DNA of 49,800 nt, the filler included, from Bipalium vagum (taxonomy: Eukaryota), in the NCBI GenBank assembly GCA_037834085.1. It is 2 parts of 2 records of this genome, joined end to end, with 100 filler letters (N's around TTAATTAATTAA, not from the genome) between each part and the next. Parts side by side here need not be neighbours in the genome. Positions count along the whole stretch, not along the records: positions 1 to 21,619 come from JBBMKC010234601.1; 1 more part is not named here. The stretch is one strand, 5' to 3'. Positions 1 through 13,300 of the stretch are shown here, in pieces. The first letter of the stretch is position 1, and each line of letters opens with the position of its first letter. The position numbers and the translations under genes were made by a program. The notes under the pieces are model-generated. The model searched no databases, was not told where the DNA came from, and worked only from the letters and a program-made list of their open reading frames with translations.

Positions 1-452
1 AGCATCGAGAAGTTATGCACGGAAAATGAAAGAAAATATGTTATTTTCCAACAGGACAATGCACCGGCGCACACAGCTAAAACAACAAAAGCATGGTTGA
101 AGAAAAAAGGTGTACCGGTTATGTTTTAGCCTGGACAATCGCCAGATCCTAATCCCATACATACATGGGCACACATAAAGGCAAAACTAAACGGGAAAAA
201 TTTCAATACTCCTGACCAACTGTGGAAAACAGTCGAGAAGGAATGGAAAATCATTAATACAGAACATTGTCAGAGACTATCATATAGCCTACCCAAACGG
301 CTCAAGTTGCTTAAATTGGCCAAATGGAAATATACCCCTTATTAATATTTTTTATTTAGTTAATGATATATTGTTTGAAAATTTTTAAAATAAATGTTGT
401 CATAATACATGATATAAATTATGTAAGCCTCAATTTTTTTGTCCAGGTGCGT
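1..452 (+). mobile_element. Tc1-like transposon 3' end (defective transposase and probable right TIR)
   Basis: IFQQDNAPAHTAK..MF*PGQSPDPNPI..W..IK..LW..VEKEW..SLPKRL..Y* (stop 343-345), with an in-frame TAG; TIR-like end TTTTGTCCAGGTGCG-TA. Confidence 0.85.
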
Positions 453-479
453 ATGTAATTTATCATTTAATATTTTTAG

Positions 480-1329
480 ATTGAAGGAGTCATTTTAAAT
501 GATGCATGGTTGCAACAAAAATATTCAGAATAACTTGAAAATACGAGCTTCAAAAACTCATCGGTTAGTTAGCTAAATTTAAAAAGCGAAAATTTTAAGA
601 AAACTCGATGGCGGAATTGAAAACTAATGAAGATATTTATATTGGTGATTTTTTGGATGTTTTAAAGAAACAGTTAGATGAATACGACGAGAATAATATC
701 TATAATCTTGATAAAACCGGCATATTCTACAAATTAATTCTTTCAAAAAGTATTTTAAGAACTGCAGGGTCAGGATATAAAAATTTTAAAGACAGGGTAT
801 CTGTTATGCTTTGCATAAATTTTTCTGGTTCTGACAAATCTAAACCTGTTGTAACAGGAAAGTCCGTTAGACAAGGGAAAGTGTAAAATTTGAAAACAAT
901 ACTGACGCAAACGATAGTTATTATAAATCTTTCTTAAGAAATCCGATATTTTGACCAGATGGATGAAAATTAGGTTTTAAACGTGTAGTATACTGAAAAT
1001 TATGAATTTATTCACAAATCATCTGATTATAATCCAGGAAGGTTTTTAGAATTAGCTAATGAAATTGAAGAAATAGAAGTGGTAATAGATCAAGAACAAA
1101 TACCTTATAACACTTTTAAAGTATCTTTAAAAAAACATTGACGATTACTTAAGCCAACAAACTGAAATGGACGAAATCGATTTGAATTTCAAAAAAGAAA
1201 TGCTTATAATCAAAAGATGCAAAGTATGTCAATTAATGACAAAGGGGTTTAAGCATATTTTATTCTATTCCATTATTTGCCACAAATTAGTCAAATCCCA
1301 AAAATGACACATAAGAGAACATTTACTGT
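480..1329 (+). mobile_element. pogo/Tigger-like (CENP-B/DDE_1) transposon remnant
   Basis: ORF 608-886: NIYNLDKTGIFYK..GYKNFKDRVSVMLCINFSGSDKSKPVVTGKS; probable terminus ..AGAGAACATTTACTG-TA near 1328-1330. Confidence 0.8.
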
Positions 1330-1962
1330 ATTCAGAAAAATCTTTAATTACATTATATTTTAATAAATTTACATCGTCTGTACATTATCCTAATTCTATA
1401 GGAAGTAAGCTCAAATCAAATGAATTTGTTATCCACATTGATACTTTTTTGATGTACATTTTCTAAACAAAAATATTGCTCTATTATTCGAGCTTATTTG
1501 CACACATTGCTGAGCCAATTATCGTGCAGGAAAAGTGAAAGATTAAAGTAAACACTTTCAAATGATTATCCTCAAACGTAAGGATAAATAAAGTAAAACC
1601 CGAAAATCAATTAATGAAATATTTGTTATAATATTATTAAGGTTAAAAACTAAAACCTAATGATTATAGCTTACTATTGTTTAATTTCGATGTACATAAT
1701 ATACTATTGTATCAAATTATTCTTCCATAAAAATTAACCAAATAAACTAACATTGATATTTAAAATTCATATTTTACTGGAAATATGATTTTTCCTTTTT
1801 AATAAATTACAAAGAAAAAACCAATATTATTATATGTTAGAAAATCAATCAAGAACCAATGTGCACAAATTCAATTGAACAAATCAGATAAGAACGATAT
1901 ACACATTAAGAATTGATTAGTTAAAAATAAATATCTTATGAAATGAAAAAAATTTTACTTAC

Positions 1963-4320
1963 CTGATCGATCTTGATTCACAACTTGATTCGATGGCTGC
2001 ATTAAATTTCCTGCTGGTTTTTGATGACTATTACCTATGATGTTAGATTGATATGATCCAGGGGAACATATCTCTCCAACCGGATTATTGGGGCCTTCAT
2101 TGGACATAATTTGGTGTCGATACGGATCATGAGTGATATTCATAATTTCACTAGAAGTAGTATTCAGGCTCTTACGATCCACATTGACTCGAGTGACAAT
2201 TACTGGTGGTTCAAATCCTCCTATTTCGTCTCTGTTTATCGGCGTAAGAGGATGTGAGGCAGACTTTGAAGAAAATGACGATTGTTGTTGTTGCTGCTGC
2301 TGACTGGACTCATAGTCTTGATTTATCTGATGTTGGTTACTTTGAAACTAATTAAATTGTAATAATCATAAATTTATGATATTGGACTATAGATAAATAT
2401 TACCAATGGACTGGACTGCATCATAGGGGCGGGAGACGAGGACATGCTTGTAGCAACAGGACTCAATGATTGTTGATTGGTTCTATTCTGGTTAGAATTT
2501 ATTAGGCCTCCTTGATGAGGATTTATATTCATGGAAATATTAGATACCTTTGATGAGGGTGAATGGGGACCTGTAGCGGTTTTGTTTTGAATGCCACACG
2601 GGCTTTGTGGAGTACTTGGACCTTGGTTTTGCATAGTGAGTTGAGACGATTGTGGAGTGTGACTGTCTCTAGTTGAATAAATCTGATTTCCAGATAGATC
2701 GAAATTTTTGCCTATCCCGGTTGATATTGGCCGGGACGGCTGTTGGAATTTATGAGTCAATTGATGAACATTGGATGGATGCTGCAAGTGCGTGAAAGGA
2801 GATACGGGAGATTGCATTATACTTGGTGACATTCTGGTATCCATGTGCATGGCGACATTTGAATCCGATAATTGAGGACACTCTTCGTTAATGCTTGTAT
2901 GATTCATGTTTGAGAGACCAACAACTTCGATCTGATTACTGAGATTTAGCTGAGATGGTAACGAATTTTGTCGATAAGGACTACGAATTGAAGTCATTTC
3001 TTGTTGCTGATATTTTTGGTTTTGATTGAATTTCGATTGCGGTAAATAATTTAAATTAGAACTTGCACCACTACCAACACTTGCAACTCCACCAGCACCT
3101 CCATTAGTGCCACTTCCACCAACTTGTCCCACGTTAACGGATGTAACATGGGTTCCAGAATTAACTTGATTAGATCCACCATGACATAATCTTTGCTGCT
3201 GTTGCTGACTCTGTGCAATCAATTTAGTAGTGATTTGATTCGAATCATTGGATTCCAGTATCACATATTGCTGTGAAGGCTGATTAATGGAATATTTTTG
3301 TTGATTAGGATCCATATAACCTCCAGTACTCATTTGATATTGTCTTTGAATATTATTGGACATTATTTGTGACTGCATAGAGCTCTCATCTAATTGAGAT
3401 TGAGAAAATGCTACAGGAACCATTTGCAATGCTTGATTCACAGACTGGGTTTGAGGCTTAGCCATTCTGTTCATTGGGGAAAAAGTGATATTCATGCAGG
3501 TTTCATGTTCCTGAGCTGACTCCATGTTTGAAACATTAGATATAGAATTAGAATTAGAACGGATTAAAATATTCTGATTAAAGTTATGATCTGAAGAAGA
3601 TGGACTGGCCAAAAGGCTATCAGAAGGATTACCAACAGATGGAGAATTCGCATAAATCTGCTGATTAAACGCGTTTGGTTTAGCACTATTTCGTTTGTTC
3701 AAATGGTCTCTTAATTTATTAGTTGTATCCATGTCATAGGAACTTGCTTGAGCGTTCATTTCCTTTATAACAGGAGACGTTACTGATACGTTTGGTTGAC
3801 TAGAATTAAGCAAAGCATCCGAATTTTTATTAATATTTGTAGAAATAAATTTCTCCCTAGATTTGTCGCTATTTTGACAAGTAAGCTGCTGTTGCGAGAT
3901 TTGCATATTGCCATGAGATGAAAATGTGGCTATTTGACCAGAATTTATCGATTGATTATTAAACCGATGATAAGTATTTATTGATGATGGAGCAGGCATT
4001 GATGGATGATCAGAAGCTGGAGGCCAAGTTGGAGGTGGAGGTGGAGGAAGATACTTCTGATTGGAAACCGATAAATTGGCATCTGTATAAGATTTATTTG
4101 GTGAGTTCAATAATTCGTTTTCCATTAGAGGCGTAGTTCCAGAATTTGACATCGATGTTTGATTTACATTCTGCTGTTGCATTCTCAAAGAATCCATATT
4201 TTGCTTATTAATTGTTTGCTGGTGTACTTGTATCTGCATTGATGGTTGGTGTTGGTTGATAAACTCTTGCTGATAGATTCCCTGTTGATCTTGAGATTGA
4301 GACCCAACAAATAATTCATA
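1963..4320 (-). CDS. KMT2C: KMT2C/D-like exons 27-28: large Q/S/N/P-rich disordered region
   Basis: 1917-nt exon 2404-4320, 56-nt intron, exon 1963-2347 ending at a strong CAG|GTAAGT phase-1 donor; in phase with upstream exons. Confidence 0.85.
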
Positions 4321-7300
4321 CTGAAGCATGGATTCCTTTTCAATACAATTATTTAAACATCATATTTAAAGTTTAAATGTAAATATTCTCAAAATTTAAA
4401 TGTCCTAGCCAAAACTCAGATTTCCTTTAAATAAATTTACATCTAAAATTCTAACACAGGTATGATGAATATACAGTAATAAATGACTAATAATAACAGT
4501 TAGATGATTTCAATGTTGTCACGAACATTGAAATAAAAAAATTTTAATTTATAAAATCGCTAGTTCCTTCAAAATAATTATCTTTGATAAAAAAGCAAAA
4601 AAGTCAGTTGGGTTCAGATAAATCATATAAAAATAGTAGAGATCCACACAAAAAATTTAACTGACAAAATTCGTTTGCAGCTTTGGTTAAAGAACCTTCT
4701 TCCACTCGTGATTTAGAAAAAGAAATTTTTGTCCACCAAACTACAATCTTACGTCACCTGTATCAACTAAATTTTGTACATAAGAATCCTAAACAAGATC
4801 CCCATGCACTTACTGAGGCAAATGCAAGCAACGCGTCGAAATCTGCCATCATCTTCTCAATAATCCATTAGACGACCGTTTCTTGAAAAGATTTGTGACA
4901 TGATATGAGAAGTTGGTTTATCTAGTAAACCATGATAGACAAAAGCGATGGGTTCCCTTTGGACAATCCACGAAAAAATTGGTTCGGCAAGAAAGTGATG
5001 ATTTATGTCTGGTGGAAGTTTGCGGAGCACTTTGCACTTTGAAATTGTTCCAAATGGTAATAGCATTAAGTCTGAGCTTTACTATCGACAGTTGGATTGC
5101 GTCTACCAGAAGCTGAAATGCCCAACTTTAATTAATCTAAAGCGTACATTATTCCAACTGGATAACGCCAAGCCCCACGTAGCTAAGAAGACCAAACAAA
5201 AGTTTACAGAACTTGACGGTATCGAGGTAATACCACATCCGGCCTACAGCCCAGATGCTGCTCCATCTCTTCCGCTCCATAGAGAAAATTTTGTTAGGTC
5301 AACGTTTCGAGTTGAGGAGGCTTGTAAACAGATCTTCGCATCGAAAGAACCGGATAGGTTCTACAACCAGATCCAGATGCTCGCAGATCGGTGAAAGAAA
5401 ATCATCGAGAATTGTGATTTATATTTTGAAGAATAGATAAACTTGTTTTTGAAAAAATTTTTTAACTTATTTTAGCAATTTTATCCGCAAATCAACCTAA
5501 TATTATTGATTTTTGATTATAGAAAGCAGCATGTATAGAAAATTTAATAGGCGTTAAGTTTTATTTCAATTTAATCGTTTAAATAATCAATTTTATTTTT
5601 TATCAGGTAAATTAAAATTTCTTCAAAAAGACCTAATGCTTTTTTAATGTCGAGAATTTCCCAAATCTAGAAGAATGATATCAGACCAAAAATTGAAATT
5701 TATCAAAGGTCAACTATACTAATATGTACTTGTGTCAATTAAAAACATAACTCAAATCGACCATATAATTTCACATTTTAAAAAGATTCAACTCTAGATA
5801 ACATAATATGGAATTATTATTTTTCTTTTAATACCCACCAAATCTATCATAGGCCATTTTCTACCGGGTACATTTTCGTTGACTGTTGGTTATTACCATA
5901 TTCACTTTCACTTTTCAAAAAATCAATTTGAAGATAAAATGAAAATATGTAGTGAGAGCTTCGTAACAAAAAATCCAGATTGAAAATAAAGTCTTCTTCA
6001 CAGAAAAATCTAAAACTTACCGGACTTAAAATTTTCTTGCATAAAATAATTTGAAATATTAGGAAATTTAAATTAAGTCGATTAAATCAATTAAAAATGA
6101 GAGTTGAGAGTAGTTAAAAAAATTTTTTCATTCGAACAATTGAAAAAAGAATTCCATAATATAGATCTGATAATTTCGAATAAATCATTTTAACAGAATT
6201 AATTTAGAGATATCAAACTTTCAACTTTCAGATTGGAAAGAAAATGAAATGTTATCTGTATCAGTTGAGAAATTTCAATAAGCTATATAGGAAAAAATCA
6301 AAATTAATAAATTATTACAGTGAAACCTGCTTAAATTGAACACCATAGTGTCCTTGCTGAAAATTTCAAATTAGAGAGGTGTTCAAGTTTAACTTATATT
6401 TACAGTATACGGAATTAAATTTTCAAATAAAAGAGGTGTTCAGCTAACAAAGGTGTTCATTTATGCAGGTTTCACTGTATTAAATTTCGATATAATATAC
6501 AAAAACAACAGAAGAAAATCGAATAAAACCTTGTTAAAACTCATTGGAGATGATATCTGTCCGATTTGTATTGGATTCATTTGATTTACCTTTGTCAAAT
6601 TTGGATTGTTGATATTAATCATTTCCGCATTGATGTTCATTTGCTGCTGTTGCTGGATGAATGAAGAAAACTGATTGTGCTTCTGTGACATTGGAGGAGA
6701 TTGTAGAGTGTGATTAACAAGATTTTGCTGGTATGGCGATGGAGACTGGTGTATCGATCCAGGAGATGGTTGTTGAGCATATTTACTTGGACTGCTCATT
6801 TGAAATTGAGCATTTGAGGCTGTAGTCGGAGTTCCCTTTTTCTGAATTACATATAATAAATAAAACTAATAACAATAATTAATATTCTAAAAAAAATCAA
6901 TAAAAAAAATTATTTTTAAATTATTTAATTGATTAAAACTTTTAAATTCCCAAAATAATTGTTACCTTTTTCGTAGAACTAGACTGCCCACTGGAAGACG
7001 AGATTGATTTTTTGTTAGACTTGTTCATTCGAGATTTATTCTTGAAAAAGGTTTATGCAAAACTTTAACAAAAGAACAAGATTAATCACTCACCACCCAC
7101 TCTTGTCTTTCATCACTTTTCAATTTCCGCCACAATTTTTGTATTTCTCTAAATCGCATATCATTATCGGAAAACTGACTTTTCAGATTTGAGTGCGTAC
7201 AATTAACGAATAAAACCGGGGCAATCGTTGATTTTTCTCCAAGCAATTCATCTTCCATCCATTTCTGATGATTAATTCTTTTATTGGATTGAGGTGCATT

Positions 7301-10300
7301 AGGTGTACTCGGTGTTTGAGGTGCTACTTCCATATTAAAGCTCGGTGGTTCTATACCGTCCTGAGTGACAAGTGAAATATTTTTCGGTCGAGCAACTTGA
7401 GGATTTTGATCACCAGGAATAATACTTTCCTTGCTAGTTTTATCACTACCACTGTTATTTTCCATTTGACCAACTTGGATCATAATTTGCGAGTTTGTTT
7501 TATTGAACTGGACATTACCTGCTTGAATCATTACAAAATAGATCAAGAAAAAATATTTTTCCATTAAAATATATTTTCAATAAATAATGAAAAATATTTC
7601 ACTCTTCATTGATTTTAAAAACTAAATAATAAATTTAATAAAATATACAAATTATTTTTTCAAATTACAATAGAATATCTATTTGAATATTTACAAATTG
7701 AAGATAAATGACTTTGTTATTTATCCAAGTAAAAATTATCAAGCTGTTTTTAAAATTTTAATTGAAATTCTAAATTAAGACTGCATTTTAAATGAAAAGT
7801 TTGTATTATTCATTTCTGACATTAAAAATAGCATTTTGAATAAAATTATTTTTTGAAAAAAAATAATATACCACTGTGACTACAATAAATAATGATAAAA
7901 ATAACAGAAAAGCACGAAAAACTGAAGAAAAAACTTCAGTAGCAATTAATAAGAAATATCAATATTTGAAATGTATTGTAATCCGATATCTTTCAATTGA
8001 AAAACCTTAAAAATACTTACCTTACTACCTACCTTTCGAAAGTCTAAGTAAACTATTACAAAAATGTCAAACGAAGAGAAAAAATGAAATGGCATGAAAA
8101 CCAGTATCAATATTTGATTATAGGAGTGAAAATAAACTATTTTGTGACAATTATAATTATTTGTTATGTCATGTCAAATTGATAATTTAGAATATTAATA
8201 TCAATTTGGCGAGAAGAATAAACATCTCATACTACTGACCTGGTTTTCAAAACTATTGGTTGTAAGGAAGACCTAAGAAAATAATGGATGAAATTTTCCA
8301 TCATATTTCACAATATTTAAAGTTTAGAGAATATATCGGGTTGATGCATAAATTCTGTCGCCTTGTTGAAATTAATTAAATACGCTTATTGCTTAAAAAT
8401 AATTAAGTATAGGAAAATGGAGTGCCAGGATAAAAAATGAACGTATCCGCAATATTTTATTGTGCAATTTTAATCGAGGAATAAATGCTGCTGAGTTTAC
8501 TGGAAACATATGTTCCAATTTTGGGAAATTACCAATTAGCAGAAGAACGGCAAAAGGTGGTTTTTAAAATTCAAAAACAGTAATTTTAATATGTATGAAA
8601 CGAGTTCCGGAAGAAAAAGCGATTTCGATGAGAACGCTTTTTCAATAAATTGTTTAATAAAAATTCTCCTCAAACGACTCGCGAATTGACTAGTCAAATG
8701 GATGTTATGTTGATCAGGCAACAATCGTAAGGTATTTGAATAAACAACCTGAAAGTCAACATCAAGTGATTTTACTTCATGACAGTGCTCGACCGCATAC
8801 GTCTAACCTGATAAGATTATTCATCGAGAAACTCGGTTGGGAGATACAACCTCATTCGACATAATAATCTGACCTCGCCCCAACAGACTTTCATCTCTAC
8901 CGATCTTTGTTAAAGAGTATAAATGGAATTTCCTTTGAAGATGATTAAATACTAAAAAAGGCTCGAGGAATTTTTTCAAACAAGGAATCGAAAAGCTACC
9001 TCGTAGTTGGGAAGATGTCATAAACAATGGGTGAGAAAACTGTTTGTTATTATTATAAAGTATTGGAATTGTTTATATACTTATTATATTGATAGCGACA
9101 GAATATATGCATCAACCCAATAATAATTCAAAGCCAAAAAATTTTTTATGTATCAATAAATAAAAACAAATATTTCTTTTAAATAAAAAATCAAATGTAA
9201 ATTAGAAAAGTGAGATCGGTAACTGGTAAAAGTATTTCATTAATTGAGCATTCCCAATCCTCACGTTTCAGAGCTAATTTAAATTTTTTAAAAAACTGAT
9301 TTTTTATAAAACTAGGTGAAAAGATAAAATTTTGTTTCAACATCACATTGATTATTGAACTGCTTATTTCAAAAGTTTATTAGAAAAAAAGAAAATAATT
9401 TTAGAACAAATTTCTAGAGTATGGCAGATGAGAGATAAATCATCTTTTGTATATAAAATCATTTTTAAATATAAATAAAAAAAATATTTGATTAAATTGA
9501 ATTGAAAATTCACCAGGATAAAAACGAAAAAAATACCCAAATGCTGCTGAGTAGCGTTTGGCGTGGAAATGGGAAAATTCCTTTGTGGGCTTTGGTGCAT
9601 TGGAGGCTGTGGACTTTGTTGCGCAGATTTGTAAATACTGGAACAATTGGCTGAGGAATCAATACTAGCTGACTTTTCTGGTCCTGGAGTCTAAAACGTA
9701 GTTGGAAATAAAAAAATAGAACTAATAATTCAAAGGAAAATAATTCATGATAATACCTGTTCACCAGTGCTCATTTGTTGGATAAACATTGGTGATTGCA
9801 TCCACAATTTCTGCTTGTTGTCTTTAACGGACTTTCCAAGACTGTCTAGCGATTGAGTTGGTTCTGTGGGATATGGTGGTGGAGGAGGCGCGGGAGCACA
9901 CTGTGGAACTGGATCATGAGTCCTCCCAACGATTACATTTACCGATTGCTGCTGATTGTGAAATTGAGCTTGATTCTGTCCTGTCAAATTTTCAGAAGAA
10001 GAGGATTGGTGTTGCGGAGGTGGTTGCTGCTGCTGCTGAATCTGAGGCTGCTTGTGCTGATTATCAATTGTAACAATTCCCACGTTTTCATTTAATAAAA
10101 TTTGGTGATGATTCCCTAAGTCTTGTACCAATCCGCTATTATTTTGTTCTAAACTTATTTGGCGGTTTGGTTTCGGTAAATTATTCGAATACATAATAAA
10201 TTGCCCATTCTGTGGAAATTGAATTTTCTCTTGCAACATCAATTGATTACTGTCTGAAACGTTTTGAAAATTCAATATTAAGAGAACTTTAACAATAATA

Positions 10301-13300
10301 ATCAATAAAAATAACACATAATAAGTCTACATGAAAATTACAATTGAAAAATTTTTTATTGATCAAATTCTGAGATTTTTTATTTATTGGATTTACTAGG
10401 TTTTCATTTTATTTAGTCATACATTTGTCTAAATTAAATGAAAAACCCTGTAAACCATTAATTACCTTATAATTTCATTTATCAACTCAAAAATTAAAGC
10501 TATATAATAAGAAAATTATTATTATTGAGTGCGCATTTTTCAAAATGTATTTTTTTTCATATAGTTGGGAATATCCTTTTTCATTGACTCTAAGAAAATA
10601 AAGTTCCCAAAAATATAAAAATAATATTTATAAAATTCGAATGAAAATAACGTTCCAAAAATTTTATCGTAAACATATTTACTGAATACACATGCGTTTT
10701 TGATGGAATTTTGTCTTGAATGAGAATTTTAACATTCAACTGTAAGTGTATTCTCAACTGTATTGTGTAAAATATCAGGTTTCCTTTTTTCTAATTACCA
10801 GAAAAGATGTCATCTTTTAACACAACAATACGAGACCGCATACTTATCGACATGAGTCTACAAAGAATATGAAAGGCTATTATGGCAGATCTTATCAATC
10901 CACCATAATATCCCAAAATCTCATCATTGGGTTATTATTTTTCACCAAAATAGAGATTTGTGCATTTTTCAACTCAAATAAACATGAATTCTAATTTAAA
11001 TGTTTTGAAGCTTTACGCAGAGATGGGATCAAGCTGAAGAAATATCATTTGAGAATATATTATTGATTGATATTCAAAATTTATTGGATTTAAATATTAC
11101 TTACACATCACTTATTCCTTGACATTATTATTGTAAACCTTAATCAATTAATAAAAATTCATCTCATTTTCGTTCAAAAGATAAAAAATTATCAAGCAAG
11201 GAAGACAGACAAAACACTACCATAATTCCTAATAGGCGATGTGAAAGTTGTTTGGTTTCCCACTTGTTGCAGCTGAAAAATGTCTCCAGGTCGACGACTG
11301 AGTTGATTGGTAGGAAATAATTGACGTCGGATATTAGATGGAATGAGTTGTGAATTTTGTACAAAATTTCCGTCACCCATGTCTATTAGTGTATTGGGGT
11401 CATTGTTAATGTGTACGCTGATTGGACCCTTGTTCTGTAATGTTGATGAAGTTAACTGACCCAGCTGTTGACCTTGATTATGCACAGAATGTAACATGAC
11501 CTCGGATCGCGTACCAACGACGTTATTTATATCACTCGATACTGACTGATTCAATGGTAGAACAGGATCTGAAAAATATTTAATTTGTCATTCGATAAAC
11601 AAATTTATATACTGGATGAGGCTGCTGATAGCAAATATGTCGCTCCATTATTCGTGTTGGCTCCACTGATCTGAACTCCAGCGTTGTCTGTATTAATGAC
11701 ATTTCGACGTGATGTGATTGACAGATCGTTTTCCAGACTCGACGGTCCCAAATGCGTTTCAATATCATTAACAGTAAGTTCTGGCAACTGATTTAATCCT
11801 CCCTCATCAGAAATGTGCTTAGCTAATTCCAGTGAATTTGGATTCATCTCATTTGCATTACTGACTTCCGATATACAATTAGCATCATGACCGGTACTGT
11901 GACTAGTGCTCCCTTCTTCGCCAATCTCCAGATCAGGGAAAGAGAGCAAATATTCATCTAACAGATAATCATCATCATCATCAAAATTGACGGATGAAAC
12001 ATTCTGAAAAGACATGGAACCAATAGCATTTATAGCCGATGTTTGGGAAAATATTTCATTATTGTGACTAGGATTCGTGGTCTCCTCCAACTTTTTGAGT
12101 ACACATTGCTGAGCGGATGATGACTGGGCCTTGTTCTGATTACCCAATATATTTATAGAATGACCACCAAATCGAAGGTCATTAGGTTGTGAACCCGGTG
12201 CACCTAGACATTATGAGGAAAAAATTATTTGTTAACACAACAATTATCGTGTACCAGCGTGATTAAAATTAGAAATCTTTGGTGAGACTGGAATATTTCC
12301 AATCATATTGACTGTCGATTCCATTTTAGGATCATCAAATTCAGATTTAGTATAAGCAAGTGGTACTTCCAGCAACATAAAGTTTGAAGCTTCTTGTGCC
12401 GCTGTTAAGTTTTCTGTCTCATTATCGATTTCAAAATAATTAACGTCAGTACAATCTTCCCCGTCTAAATCGATTTTAGAATTCTTTTTACCATTAATGA
12501 GAATATAGACCTTCATTAATATTCTGATTCGATCCAGTACTACTGTAAGACCGATTGTCCAAAGGACCACCACTTGTTATTCTATTGGGAGACAACTTAG
12601 CATGACCACTTTTCTTAATGAACTAAAATAATTAATATATATTACGTATCAATGATTTCAAAAGAAAACCTCTGTTGTGTTCGTCAACAGACTGTTGCCA
12701 AGAAATGCTTGCATTAAATAATCGGGATAATTTTCGTCAATTTCTGATTTCTTTTTCATCTGACGTCTACGTCCCTGCTTAGCCGTGAAATTTTCAATTG
12801 TGTACTTTCCATTGTTTTGATCAATATTGGCACTATTAACAGCTGCCAATGCTGATTTCTTTACTTGTGAAACTCTAGTCGATCGAGCTCTGAATCCTCC
12901 AATTCCAAGATTAGAAAATCGTCGATTTCGTGGCATTGTTGCTTTTGTTGTCGAGTTTTTCACAGGCTTCAATAAAAAATATATTACAACAAATTCTTTT
13001 ATTTTTCATTAAATTAATGTTTCCTATAAGGTAAGTTTTTTAAAAAATATAATAAATTAAAAAATCATTCGATAACAATTTTTATTATTTCAGAATAATA
13101 ATAATAATAATTTTCAAGAATATATTCACATTAAAATACATTTCGATGGTTTTTTTAACATGAAAATTTATTTTTGTAAAAATTAAATAACTTTCATTTA
13201 ACATCATTTATTGATAAAAAAATAAAAAAATAACTTAATATTTATTGAGTCAAAAGAAAAATCAATGTTAATTGTTTTCAGTGAACGAAACCAAACAATT

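Noticed and set aside
2374-4329. 651-aa ORF as a stand-alone gene
   Set aside because: Bounded by splice sites and in phase with flanking KMT2 exons; it is an internal exon
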